This document shows positions 52,730 to 60,465 of a stretch of DNA of 60,465 bases, in pieces (the first letter of the stretch is position 1; each line of letters opens with the position of its first letter). Below the pieces are notes generated by a model. It did no database searches, was not told where the DNA came from, and saw only the letters and a list, made by a program, of their open reading frames with translations. Made by a program: the position numbers and the translations under genes. Origin of the DNA: Pseudonocardia sp. (GTDB lineage Bacteria; Actinomycetota; Actinomycetes; Mycobacteriales; Pseudonocardiaceae). The stretch is from the NCBI GenBank assembly GCA_050701075.1, contig JBOHEP010000354.1, forward strand, positions 1 to 60,465. The letters run 5' to 3'.

Positions 52730-53554
52730 GTGGATGTAGTGGCGAGTACAAGGAATGGCCTGAAGTATGCCTCATTCTCGTCGATTCCGGGCTGGATGAC
52801 ATTCGAGGACTTCGCCGCGTTCGGGCTGGTGTTGTCCACCCAGATCGCCGAGGAGCCGCGTGGTGACCTGGCTGAGCTCGGTGTCTATAAGGGTAAGTCC
52901 GCAGCCGTCATCGGCGCCTACTGCCTCAGCGACGAGCTGTTCACAGTCGTTGATCTGTTCGACGACGGTGGCAAGACCGACCGGGCGAATGAGCGGGAGA
53001 ACGCCCGGGAATACGCGGGACTGTCTCGTCGCGAGTTCGAGACGAACTACCTGTCTGTGCACCCCGCGCTACCGGTTGTTGTGCAGGGGCCGTCGACCTC
53101 GATCACCGACGTCGCCCGTCACGGTACTCACCGATTCGTCCACATCGACGCGTCGCACCTGTACGACCACGTCCGCAAGGACATCGCGGCGGCGCAAGTG
53201 CTGCTCCGGGCCAGCGGCGTGGTCGTGCTCGACGACTACCGATCCGCGCATACCCCAGGAGTGGCGGCCGCAACCTGGGCGGCCGTTGCCGAAGGCCTGC
53301 GGCCGGTACTACTGACAGGCAACAAGCTCTATGCCACCTGGGGAGACCCGGCGTGTTGGGTGGAGGTAGTTCGAGAGTGGTTGCGCGACTCAAGGTTCGA
53401 GCACGAGGTTCAGGAAATCGCCGGGTGTGAGGTGCACCGTCTGTGGACCCCTCGACCCGCCGCCGCGCGTTGGGTGCCACCGGCAGCGGTGCCGTTGGTA
53501 CGGGCGATTCACGGCCGTCTGCTGGCTTTGCGCGGCGAAGCCGGGAACGGCTGA
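52730..53554 (+). CDS. Class I SAM-dependent methyltransferase (Methyltransf_24/TylF-like)
   Basis: IPGWM, AELGVYKGKS, FVHIDASHLYD, VVLDDY. Confidence 0.88.
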   Translation: MDVVASTRNGLKYASFSSIPGWMTFEDFAAFGLVLSTQIAEEPRGDLAELGVYKGKSAAVIGAYCLSDELFTVVDLFDDGGKTDRANERENAREYAGLSRREFETNYLSVHPALPVVVQGPSTSITDVARHGTHRFVHIDASHLYDHVRKDIAAAQVLLRASGVVVLDDYRSAHTPGVAAATWAAVAEGLRPVLLTGNKLYATWGDPACWVEVVREWLRDSRFEHEVQEIAGCEVHRLWTPRPAAARWVPPAAVPLVRAIHGRLLALRGEAGNG

Positions 53555-53633
53555 GCGCAGCCGCGCCGCTGGGAACGGTTCACCACGCGCGGCGGGTCGT
53601 AACGGGCCGTCGCTGGAGAAGGAGACATTGGAC

Positions 53634-54302
53634 ATGCCACAACGTCACATCGCTGGATTCAGGGGCAAGGTTGATCTCCTCGCGGATCGAGTTCGCGGGC
53701 GCAACGTGCTTCACCTCGGAGCTGTCGGCGAGACGTGCGAGGACACCGAAGTCCGCGTCCGGCGGGCGGTCGACTCCATTCATGCAGTCATCACACGTCT
53801 GGCTGCGCGGTGTGTTGGGGTGGACAACGACGCACCGTCTGTCACCGCCTTGTCGGAACGAGGCATGTTTGACAACCTGCTGCTCGCCGACGTGACGAAG
53901 CTGACACGGAGGGACATCGACCTCCCGGCCATCGACGTCGTGTTCGCCGGAGACACCATCGAACACCTCGCGGAGCCAGGTCGGATGCTCGAGGTTGTCA
54001 ATGGGCTCTCCGACCCCCATACCCAGCTCGTGCTGACCTGTCCCAATGCGCTCGGCGCGAATCTTTTTCTCAAGAACCTTCGTGGCCGGGAGATTGAGGG
54101 AGCAGATCACGTCTGCTCGTTCAATGCGTACACTCTGGGAAATCTAGTCGAGCGGTACGGCTGGCGCGTAGAGGAGCTGTGGACCTGCTACCAGCCAAAG
54201 GCTGCTGACTTCAATCCATATACCTTCCGGCTGGGGAAGGCAGCTCTGAATAAGTTTCCCCGGTTGGGCGGCACGTTGTTCGTGGTCTGCTCACGATCGT
54301 AA
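53634..54302 (+). CDS. Class I SAM-dependent methyltransferase-like protein
   Basis: VLHLGA, CVGVD, DVVFAGDTIEHL, LTCPNA, DHV; AAGGAG RBS. Confidence 0.82.
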   Translation: MPQRHIAGFRGKVDLLADRVRGRNVLHLGAVGETCEDTEVRVRRAVDSIHAVITRLAARCVGVDNDAPSVTALSERGMFDNLLLADVTKLTRRDIDLPAIDVVFAGDTIEHLAEPGRMLEVVNGLSDPHTQLVLTCPNALGANLFLKNLRGREIEGADHVCSFNAYTLGNLVERYGWRVEELWTCYQPKAADFNPYTFRLGKAALNKFPRLGGTLFVVCSRS

Positions 54303-54362
54303 CCGGGTTGCAGCACATCCGTGACCAGCGCGAGCACGTGGCAGGATATCGACCGCCGCAGT

Positions 54363-55343
54363 CTATCGGAGTCGAGGCGGCGCATCGCGAACGCCACCCG
54401 CCGCGCGAACCCAGTCGACGGTGACCGACAGACCGTCCACGAGCGGTGTTGGTGCGGCGGTCCGCAGTTCGGCGCGCGCCCTGCTGACATCCAGGCAGCT
54501 GCGCGCCAGCTCACCTTGCCGAGCTGGCATGAAGATGGGCATGAAGTCGGAGGATTTGACTCCCGCCGCCGCAGCCACGGCCTCCGCCAGCTGGAGGACA
54601 CTTACCTCGGTGCCGGTTCCGATGTTGTATTCAGTGTGGGAGAGCGTCGGCATTCGAACGGCCGCCAGGTTTGCTTCGACGATATCGCGAACGAACACGT
54701 AGTCGCGCGTCTGTAGCCCGTCTCCGTATACAGTGGGCTGGCCACCGTCAAGAACGAGTCCGCAGAAGATCGCAATGACGCCGGAGTCTCCATCCGGATC
54801 TTGCCGGGGACCGTAGACATTCCCGTAACGGAGCGTGACGATGTCAAGGCTGCGGGCACGTCGAAACCAGTTGGCGTAAAGCTCGGCACTCTGCTTGCTC
54901 AATCCGTACGCCGCTGCCGGATTCGTCCTTGCGGTCTCCGGCGTCGGCGTGGTGACGCCGTCACCGTATATGGCTCCGCCGGTGGACGTGTTGATGACCC
55001 GGCGCGCACCCACTGCATCGGCGGCTGCGAACACGTTGATCGATCCGGTGATATTGATCGAGGCGTCGTGGGCAGGATCGACCATCGACGCGCGAACGTC
55101 CATCTGCGCGGCGAGGTGGAAGACCACATCCGGCCGAAAACGGTGGAAGGCCTGCTCGATCTCAGGCGCGTCCCGCACATCGAGCTGGAGGAACTCGGAT
55201 CCTGCGGCCAGCGGACGTTCCAGATTCTGCAGGCCTCCACTGCTCAGGTCGTCGACGACCAGTACCTCGTCGCCATCGTCGACCAGAGCCTCGACGATGT
55301 GGGATCCGATGAAGCCCGCGCCACCAGTCACAACTGCTCGCAT
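54363..55343 (-). CDS. galE: NAD-dependent nucleotide-sugar epimerase (UDP-glucose 4-epimerase-like)
   Basis: VTGGAGFIGSH, HLAAQMDVRAS, STGGAIYG, YGLSK, LRYGNVYGPRQ, GDGLQTRDYV. Confidence 0.85.
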   Translation of the reverse strand: MRAVVTGGAGFIGSHIVEALVDDGDEVLVVDDLSSGGLQNLERPLAAGSEFLQLDVRDAPEIEQAFHRFRPDVVFHLAAQMDVRASMVDPAHDASINITGSINVFAAADAVGARRVINTSTGGAIYGDGVTTPTPETARTNPAAAYGLSKQSAELYANWFRRARSLDIVTLRYGNVYGPRQDPDGDSGVIAIFCGLVLDGGQPTVYGDGLQTRDYVFVRDIVEANLAAVRMPTLSHTEYNIGTGTEVSVLQLAEAVAAAAGVKSSDFMPIFMPARQGELARSCLDVSRARAELRTAAPTPLVDGLSVTVDWVRAAGGVRDAPPRLR

Positions 55344-55359
55344 GACGAACAGGCTAGAA

Positions 55360-55397
55360 CATCGGCCATCGGCCATCGGCCATCGGCCATCGGCCAT
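55360..55397. repeat. Heptanucleotide simple sequence repeat (CATCGGC)5
   Basis: Five perfect copies plus CAT, 3 nt from the putative TAGCCT -10 box (55351-55356, minus strand) of the epimerase. Confidence 0.93.
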
Positions 55398-55471
55398 GGG
55401 GCGTGGCGTTGCCCGCCGAGTGTCCTCGCCGGCTCGCCGTCGACGGGACGCGTGACGCATTGATCGCACAT

Positions 55472-55499
55472 GGTAACGCCGCAGGACGCCGCAACGAAT
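55472..55499 (+). promoter_or_regulatory. Putative ECF sigma promoter GGTAAC-N17-CGAAT upstream of wzy-wzz
   Basis: Identical motif and spacing to 38325. Confidence 0.6.
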
Positions 55500-55664
55500 A
55501 CCCCAGGAACCGTCGGTGCGAGATCGTGGGGGTGAGATGACCGGATCGACCGGCTGGACCAGGCCGCCTGGGCAGCTGCTGCAGCCAGAAACGACAGCGG
55601 TCGAACTCCTCCCGGCCGTCGTTCCGTCCTGGTCGAACTCCGATCACCCGGTTGTGGGTGGGGG

Positions 55665-57275
55665 ATGAGAGGCACGTTGTCGTCCACCGCCGTGGATCCG
55701 TCCGGCGTCCACGACGCGCCACGACCGCTCGCGCGGGTCGTCGGGCTGATCCTCGTCCTCACGGCGGCAGCTGTGCTCGGAGCGAATGCGGTAGGTAGCA
55801 CGACCATCGTGTTCGCAGTCGTGATGCTGGTGGCCGTATTGGCGCTGATCAACGGACGCCCGGTGGTCTGGATCGCTCTGGCGATCACAGTGGTGTGGAC
55901 CAGTCGGCTGCTCACGACTGCCGGTTGGGCGCCTCGGTTCCTCGATTTCGCGGACTTCCCGCTCGTGCTCGTGGCTTTTCTCTTCGCCGGAGTTCGATTT
56001 CTCAGCTCCGACCGCCGACTGCCCCCCGCACAGCGGAAGATTCTCCGCTGGCTGCTCGCCTTCAGTGTGGTCATCGCCCTGTCCTGGGCTTTCAAGGGGC
56101 TCGCAGAACCGCAACGGCTCGTCGCCGGCTTGGTTCTCGCGGCTGAGCCGTTCCTTCTCCTGATCGCTGTACTGATCACCCCGATGACGGCGAGGGAGCG
56201 GAAGAGGCTCGTCATCCTGACCAGCATCCTGCTGTGTGTCCAGGTTGTCTTCTCGTTAGCGCAGTATCCTTTTGCGGCTCATCCGGACGAAGTGAAAGGC
56301 ACTCTCCTCGGTACCGGCGCGGGACACCATGTCTCGGCCGGAGGAGCGGCCCTCGGGTTCCTTATCCTGGCCCGGCAGCGCGTCCCGAAGACTTTCCTCC
56401 TCGCCTACGGCGCTGCCGCACTGTTCGTCATGATCGCGTCAGACGCCAAGCAGGTCATGGTCGTGCTGCCCCTGGCGTTGCTCGTGCTCGGTGTGAGCGG
56501 TCGCAAGCGTAGTGGATCTGCCGTGTCGCTGATAGGCGGCCTTCTCGCGGGAGTGCTCATGGCCGGTGCGGCCTTCTACGCACTGGTGACATATCAAGCA
56601 TCGTCCACGGCGCTGACCTTCGCTGACCGGTCGTTTGAGAACCGCACGGGGAAGTTCGCGGTCGCCGAGGCTGTGTGGGACGACGTAACTGCCACGGTGC
56701 CGACCGCTCTATTGGGCCTTGGGCCCGGTCAGTCAGTCTCCCGCTTCTCGTTCTTGACGACACCGGATCTCCTGAAAGAGGGTAGCCCGGTCACGCTTAT
56801 CGGGCTGAGTCAGTCCGAAGGGGCGGATCGCTACCAAGGTATCGCTATCGGTGGGCCACTCACGGTCAACTCCTCGTTCATCAGTGCTCAATGCTCGGCG
56901 CTCGGGGTCCTCGGCGACTACGGATTATTGGGTCTGTTCGTGTTCGGAGGTCTGATCTGGGCGGTGCTGGGTGCATTGCGAAAAGCCGGTGACCGGCGCT
57001 TGCGTTCCTCCGCGCTCGCGTCCTGGGCGCTCCTGTTGCCGCTCTCCGTGGCTTTCGACTGGCTGGAGCAGCCCCCGTTCACACTGGCAGTGGCGTTGAT
57101 CACCGGCCTCGCCCTGCGCGGGCCGGGCAACCTGGACCAGGCCCACGGAACGTCCTCCGGGGCGCTACCGGAATCCCCGGTCCCACCTGTAGCTACTCGT
57201 TCGGTAGTGGGGACATCTTCATCTGAGCCGTCACCCAAGCCACGAAGGGATCATGACCCGCATGACCACGACTAA
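55665..57275 (+). CDS. Wzy/O-antigen-ligase-like polysaccharide polymerase
   Basis: 11-13 TM helices, KGTL..GHH, SDAKQ, large extracytoplasmic loop with GLGPG, DYGLLG; next to co-polymerase. Confidence 0.72.
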   Translation: MRGTLSSTAVDPSGVHDAPRPLARVVGLILVLTAAAVLGANAVGSTTIVFAVVMLVAVLALINGRPVVWIALAITVVWTSRLLTTAGWAPRFLDFADFPLVLVAFLFAGVRFLSSDRRLPPAQRKILRWLLAFSVVIALSWAFKGLAEPQRLVAGLVLAAEPFLLLIAVLITPMTARERKRLVILTSILLCVQVVFSLAQYPFAAHPDEVKGTLLGTGAGHHVSAGGAALGFLILARQRVPKTFLLAYGAAALFVMIASDAKQVMVVLPLALLVLGVSGRKRSGSAVSLIGGLLAGVLMAGAAFYALVTYQASSTALTFADRSFENRTGKFAVAEAVWDDVTATVPTALLGLGPGQSVSRFSFLTTPDLLKEGSPVTLIGLSQSEGADRYQGIAIGGPLTVNSSFISAQCSALGVLGDYGLLGLFVFGGLIWAVLGALRKAGDRRLRSSALASWALLLPLSVAFDWLEQPPFTLAVALITGLALRGPGNLDQAHGTSSGALPESPVPPVATRSVVGTSSSEPSPKPRRDHDPHDHD

Positions 57276-58278
57276 TTCGCGACAGGATCAGCGGAGTGTG
57301 TCCTCCGAGCCAGAAGTGCTACCACTGCTGGCATACGCCCAGATGGTATGGCGGCGGCGGCTTCTCGTCGTGACGGTGGTTCTCGGAATGGCTATTCCGG
57401 CCTTTGTGGTCTCGAGCCTTCAGACTCCCCTGTATCAGTCATCAGCTCAGGTACTGGTGACGCAGCGGACGCTGGACAGCAACTTCAACCTCGGCGATCA
57501 AGGGCTCAGCGAGCTACAGATCAACACCCAGATGGCTCTGCTCACCAGCGCGGCGGTGGCCAACCGTGCGATCGAGCTCGGTGCGACGTCGATGGTCCGT
57601 GGATCGGGCAGTACGAACTCCAACGTGATCACCGTGGTGGCCACCGATCCCGTTCCGGCGGCGGCCGCCGGAACGGTCGGTGCCTTCGTGCAGGCGTACT
57701 CCGAGTACCGGTCCGCGCAGGCCAACAGGGCGCTCGACACCGCGGCGACCAAGATCCGTGAGCGTCTGGACCAGCTGCAGGCCAGGCTGGGGGGTATCGA
57801 CCAGGGCGGCCCGCCCGGCCAGGCCCTCCAGCAGCAGGTGTCCATCCAGCAGGAGCAGCTTCGCCTGCAGGATCAGCTCGGGCGGCTCGAGATCCAGCGG
57901 GCCCTGGCGGTGGCCGGATCGACGGTCGTCCGCGAGCCGGCGATTCCCGCGTCCCCGACCAGCCCCCAGCCGCTTCGGGACTCGTTGCTCGCGCTGGTTC
58001 TCGGACTGGGACTCGGGATGAGCCTTGCCGTCGTGCTGGAGACGGTGCGCAGACGATCTGGTAGGCGGTCTACTGATCCCGCTCCCTACCAGCCGTCGGG
58101 GCCGTCCGCAGTGCCTGCCTATTCGGGGGGGCCATCGCCTATGGAACCGCGGCTCGTCCAGCCGGACCGGGTTGCGCGGCCGGTGGCCCCGACCCCAACC
58201 GAACCAGCCGGGGCAACGTTGCGAGCGGGTCCGGAAGGAACGAACTCGGATGGGCGCTCGGAGGGGTCCGCGCAGTGA
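57253..58278 (+). CDS. Polysaccharide co-polymerase / chain-length determinant (Wzz/CpsC-like), no kinase domain
   Basis: WRRRLLV + TM, PLYQSSAQVLV, coiled coil, PxxPxSP + second TM, Pro-rich tail. Confidence 0.85.
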   Translation: MTRMTTTNSRQDQRSVSSEPEVLPLLAYAQMVWRRRLLVVTVVLGMAIPAFVVSSLQTPLYQSSAQVLVTQRTLDSNFNLGDQGLSELQINTQMALLTSAAVANRAIELGATSMVRGSGSTNSNVITVVATDPVPAAAAGTVGAFVQAYSEYRSAQANRALDTAATKIRERLDQLQARLGGIDQGGPPGQALQQQVSIQQEQLRLQDQLGRLEIQRALAVAGSTVVREPAIPASPTSPQPLRDSLLALVLGLGLGMSLAVVLETVRRRSGRRSTDPAPYQPSGPSAVPAYSGGPSPMEPRLVQPDRVARPVAPTPTEPAGATLRAGPEGTNSDGRSEGSAQ

Positions 58279-58315
58279 GGTGCGGTCTCCGTCGGCGTAA
58301 CGAAATCGTCTCGGG

Positions 58316-58343
58316 GGTAACGCGCTACCCGGGGTGGACGAGT
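58316..58343 (+). promoter_or_regulatory. Putative ECF sigma promoter GGTAAC-N17-CGAGT upstream of the epimerase-GT26 pair
   Basis: Same -35 hexamer and 17-nt spacer as 38325 and 55472. Confidence 0.55.
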
Positions 58344-58410
58344 CCTGTCAGTAGTTGCACCAGGCGCCTTGGGCCGGTCGGGTGTACGACGACGTTGAGG
58401 GGTTTACAGA

Positions 58411-59409
58411 ATGGTTCAGTTCAGGAGGCCGGTGTTGGTTGCCGGTGCCGGGGGGTTCATCGGCGGGCATCTCGTTGGCCGGCTGCTGGAGCAGGGGCGC
58501 AGCGTGCGGGCGGTGGACGCCAAGCCGTTCGAGGAGTGGTACCAGGTGCATCCGGAGGCTCGGTCGTGCCGGTTGGATCTGTCGCTGCTGCCGGCGTGCC
58601 GGGAGGCCACCGAGGGTGTGGGGGAGGTTTACAACCTGGCCGCGGACATGGGTGGGATGGGGTTCATCGAGAACAACAAGGCGTTGTGCATGCTTTCGGT
58701 GCTGATCAACACGCATATGTTGATGGCCGCTCGGGACGCCGGTGTGGAGAGATTCTTCTTCTCGTCCTCGGCCTGTGTGTACGCGGCGGACAAGCAGGTG
58801 TCGCCCGATGTGGTGCCGTTGGTCGAGGCCGACGCCTACCCGGCGACGCCGGAGGACGGTTACGGCTGGGAGAAGTTGTTCAGTGAGCGGATGTGCCGGC
58901 ATTTTCGCGAGGACTTCGGCTTGCAGACACGGGTGGCGCGATACCACAACGTCTACGGCCCGTACGGCACCTATGACGGGGGCCGGGAGAAGGCGCCGGC
59001 GGCGATCTGCCGCAAGGTGGCTCAGGCCGTGCTCAGCGGCGTTGATGAGATCGAGGTCTGGGGCGACGGTGAGCAGACCCGTAGCTTCATGTACATCGAC
59101 GACTGCCTCGATGGAACACAAACGGTCATGGGGGGTGTGCCGGTCGAACCCGTGAACCTGGGGAGCGCGGAGCTGGTGACGATCAACCAGCTCGTCGACC
59201 TCGTCGAGTCGATCGCGGGGGTTCGGTTGCGCCGCCGGTACCGAATCGATGCCCCGCAGGGTGTACGCGGTCGATCCAGCGACAACACGCTGTTTCGGGC
59301 CACCTACGGTTCGGAGCCATCCACCCCGCTGCGTGAGGGTCTGGAATACACCTACAAGTGGATCCTCGATCAGGTGCGCGAGCAACCTGCCGGTGCGTTA
59401 GCCCGGTAG
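58411..59409 (+). CDS. GDP-mannose 3,5-epimerase-like SDR enzyme
   Basis: GAGGFIG, LAADMGGMGFI, SSACVY (catalytic Cys), YGWEK, HNVYGP, GGREKAPAAICRK, QTRSFMYIDDC, GVRGRSSDN. Confidence 0.88.
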   Translation: MVQFRRPVLVAGAGGFIGGHLVGRLLEQGRSVRAVDAKPFEEWYQVHPEARSCRLDLSLLPACREATEGVGEVYNLAADMGGMGFIENNKALCMLSVLINTHMLMAARDAGVERFFFSSSACVYAADKQVSPDVVPLVEADAYPATPEDGYGWEKLFSERMCRHFREDFGLQTRVARYHNVYGPYGTYDGGREKAPAAICRKVAQAVLSGVDEIEVWGDGEQTRSFMYIDDCLDGTQTVMGGVPVEPVNLGSAELVTINQLVDLVESIAGVRLRRRYRIDAPQGVRGRSSDNTLFRATYGSEPSTPLREGLEYTYKWILDQVREQPAGALAR

Positions 59410-59464
59410 TGGATCCGCGTGACGAGCTGCACAAAAGCGATGAGTCGACTCCAGGTGAGCAATC

Positions 59465-60250
59465 ATGATGATTGATCGAGAGGTCGCCGAGATCGACCTG
59501 CTCGGAGCTCGACTCTCGCTGGTGGCGGGTGACGAGCTGGTGCGCAACGTGGTGGACGAAGCGAGCCGTGCCGGCAGCGGCTATGTCTGTGTCGCGAACG
59601 TCCACCAGGTCACCGAAGCCTGGCGCAGCGAGTCGTTCAGGCAGACACTGCAGGACGCCCGATGGGTATCGACCGACAGCCGCGTCCTCGAGGTGGCACT
59701 CGGTGCGCTGGGGCATCCGTACAGCTCCGACGTCACGTACGGCGCCGAGATATTCGAGGACATTTGTGCGGCCGCATCCGAAGCGGGTATGAAGGTGGGC
59801 TTGTTCGGGGGGGCACCCCGTGTTGTCGCCGAGTTGGCCCGCATTCTCACGGCCAAGTACGAGCCGCTTCAACTGTGCTTTGTCAACTCTCCTGACTTCG
59901 GGACGGCAGCCGAACTCGCCAGCGACGCCACTGTCGAACTGGTCAACGCGTCGGGTGTCCAGATTCTGCTCGTGGGCCTCGGGTGTCCGAAACAGGAGAG
60001 GTGGATGCAGCTCGTCTCCAGCAGGGTCCACTGCATGATGGTCGGCGTCGGCGCGGCCTTCGACTTCTACGCCGGCGAGAAGAGGTCCGCTCCGGCGTGG
60101 GTGCGCCGCGCGGGGTTGGACTGGTTGTGGCGTCTGGCATCCGAGCCACGCCGGTTGTGGCGGCGGTACCTGATCGGGAACTCGCTGTTCCTGGCTCGAG
60201 TAGTCCCGGTGATCGTCGCACGACGACTGCGGCCGCTCTTTCGGTCGTAG
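59465..60250 (+). CDS. WecB/TagA/CpsF family glycosyltransferase (GT26)
   Basis: ANVH, LFGG, VGLGCPKQE, GVGAAFDF.AG..RSAP, GLDWLWRL..EPRRLWRRY. Confidence 0.94.
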   Translation: MMIDREVAEIDLLGARLSLVAGDELVRNVVDEASRAGSGYVCVANVHQVTEAWRSESFRQTLQDARWVSTDSRVLEVALGALGHPYSSDVTYGAEIFEDICAAASEAGMKVGLFGGAPRVVAELARILTAKYEPLQLCFVNSPDFGTAAELASDATVELVNASGVQILLVGLGCPKQERWMQLVSSRVHCMMVGVGAAFDFYAGEKRSAPAWVRRAGLDWLWRLASEPRRLWRRYLIGNSLFLARVVPVIVARRLRPLFRS

Positions 60251-60465
60251 TCGTCGCAGATCATCAGCCGATGATCAACCGTCATCACACTGCGTTGCGC
60301 ACGACTTCTGAGACTATCGACACGTCGTCGATCTTCAGAGGTAAGCATTCGGTGATCCCGTAGCCGGGTGGGCGCTCGGCTTGCCCGCGACACGCCGCGA
60401 GGGCGTGGGTGTTGGACGTGGCCCGCTGGTGGTGATCTTGTGTGCGGGTCATGGGCGGTGATCTC

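Larger units (their letters stand above)
38060..60465. other. Wzx/Wzy-type surface/exopolysaccharide biosynthesis locus, probable accessory island (may continue beyond the window)
   Basis: Contiguous sugar-nucleotide, glycosyltransferase, flippase, polymerase and co-polymerase genes; more A/T-ending codons than the core region. Confidence 0.88.

Overview
High-GC actinobacterial chromosomal window; gene content and order suggest Pseudonocardiaceae (inference). Bases 1-38059 are mostly core genome: the Ms1 RNA-polymerase-binding ncRNA with its usual Fic-like neighbour, acs, arfB, a holin-like/epoxide-hydrolase pair, purD/purB/purC/purS/purQ, an ECF sigma/anti-sigma pair, a REC-PP2C + CHASE3 kinase + single-domain response regulator module, a divergent bldC, menA/menE/menB/menD and several accessory enzymes. 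Many core genes look leaderless (TANNNT 6-8 nt before the start codon), and short REP-like hairpins and tandem repeats are scattered through it. From about 38060 to the end is a visibly lower-GC, Wzx/Wzy-type surface-polysaccharide locus and the best candidate for an undescribed system. It encodes (i) a single-chain UDP-xylose synthase/UDP-glucose dehydrogenase fusion; (ii) a three-domain nucleotidyltransferase / thymidylate-kinase-like / APH-type phosphotransferase protein plus a second nucleotidyltransferase with a decayed kinase domain, possibly an unknown phospho/nucleotidyl glycan-decoration pathway; (iii) four tandem, unrelated SAM methyltransferases; (iv) a GDP-mannose 3,5-epimerase-like enzyme; and (v) an identically spaced GGTAAC-N17-CGA(A/G)T ECF-type promoter motif in front of each of its three + strand transcription units, with a (CATCGGC)5 repeat abutting the divergent epimerase promoter. 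All family calls come from motif recognition by eye, not database searches, and start codons are my best estimates.
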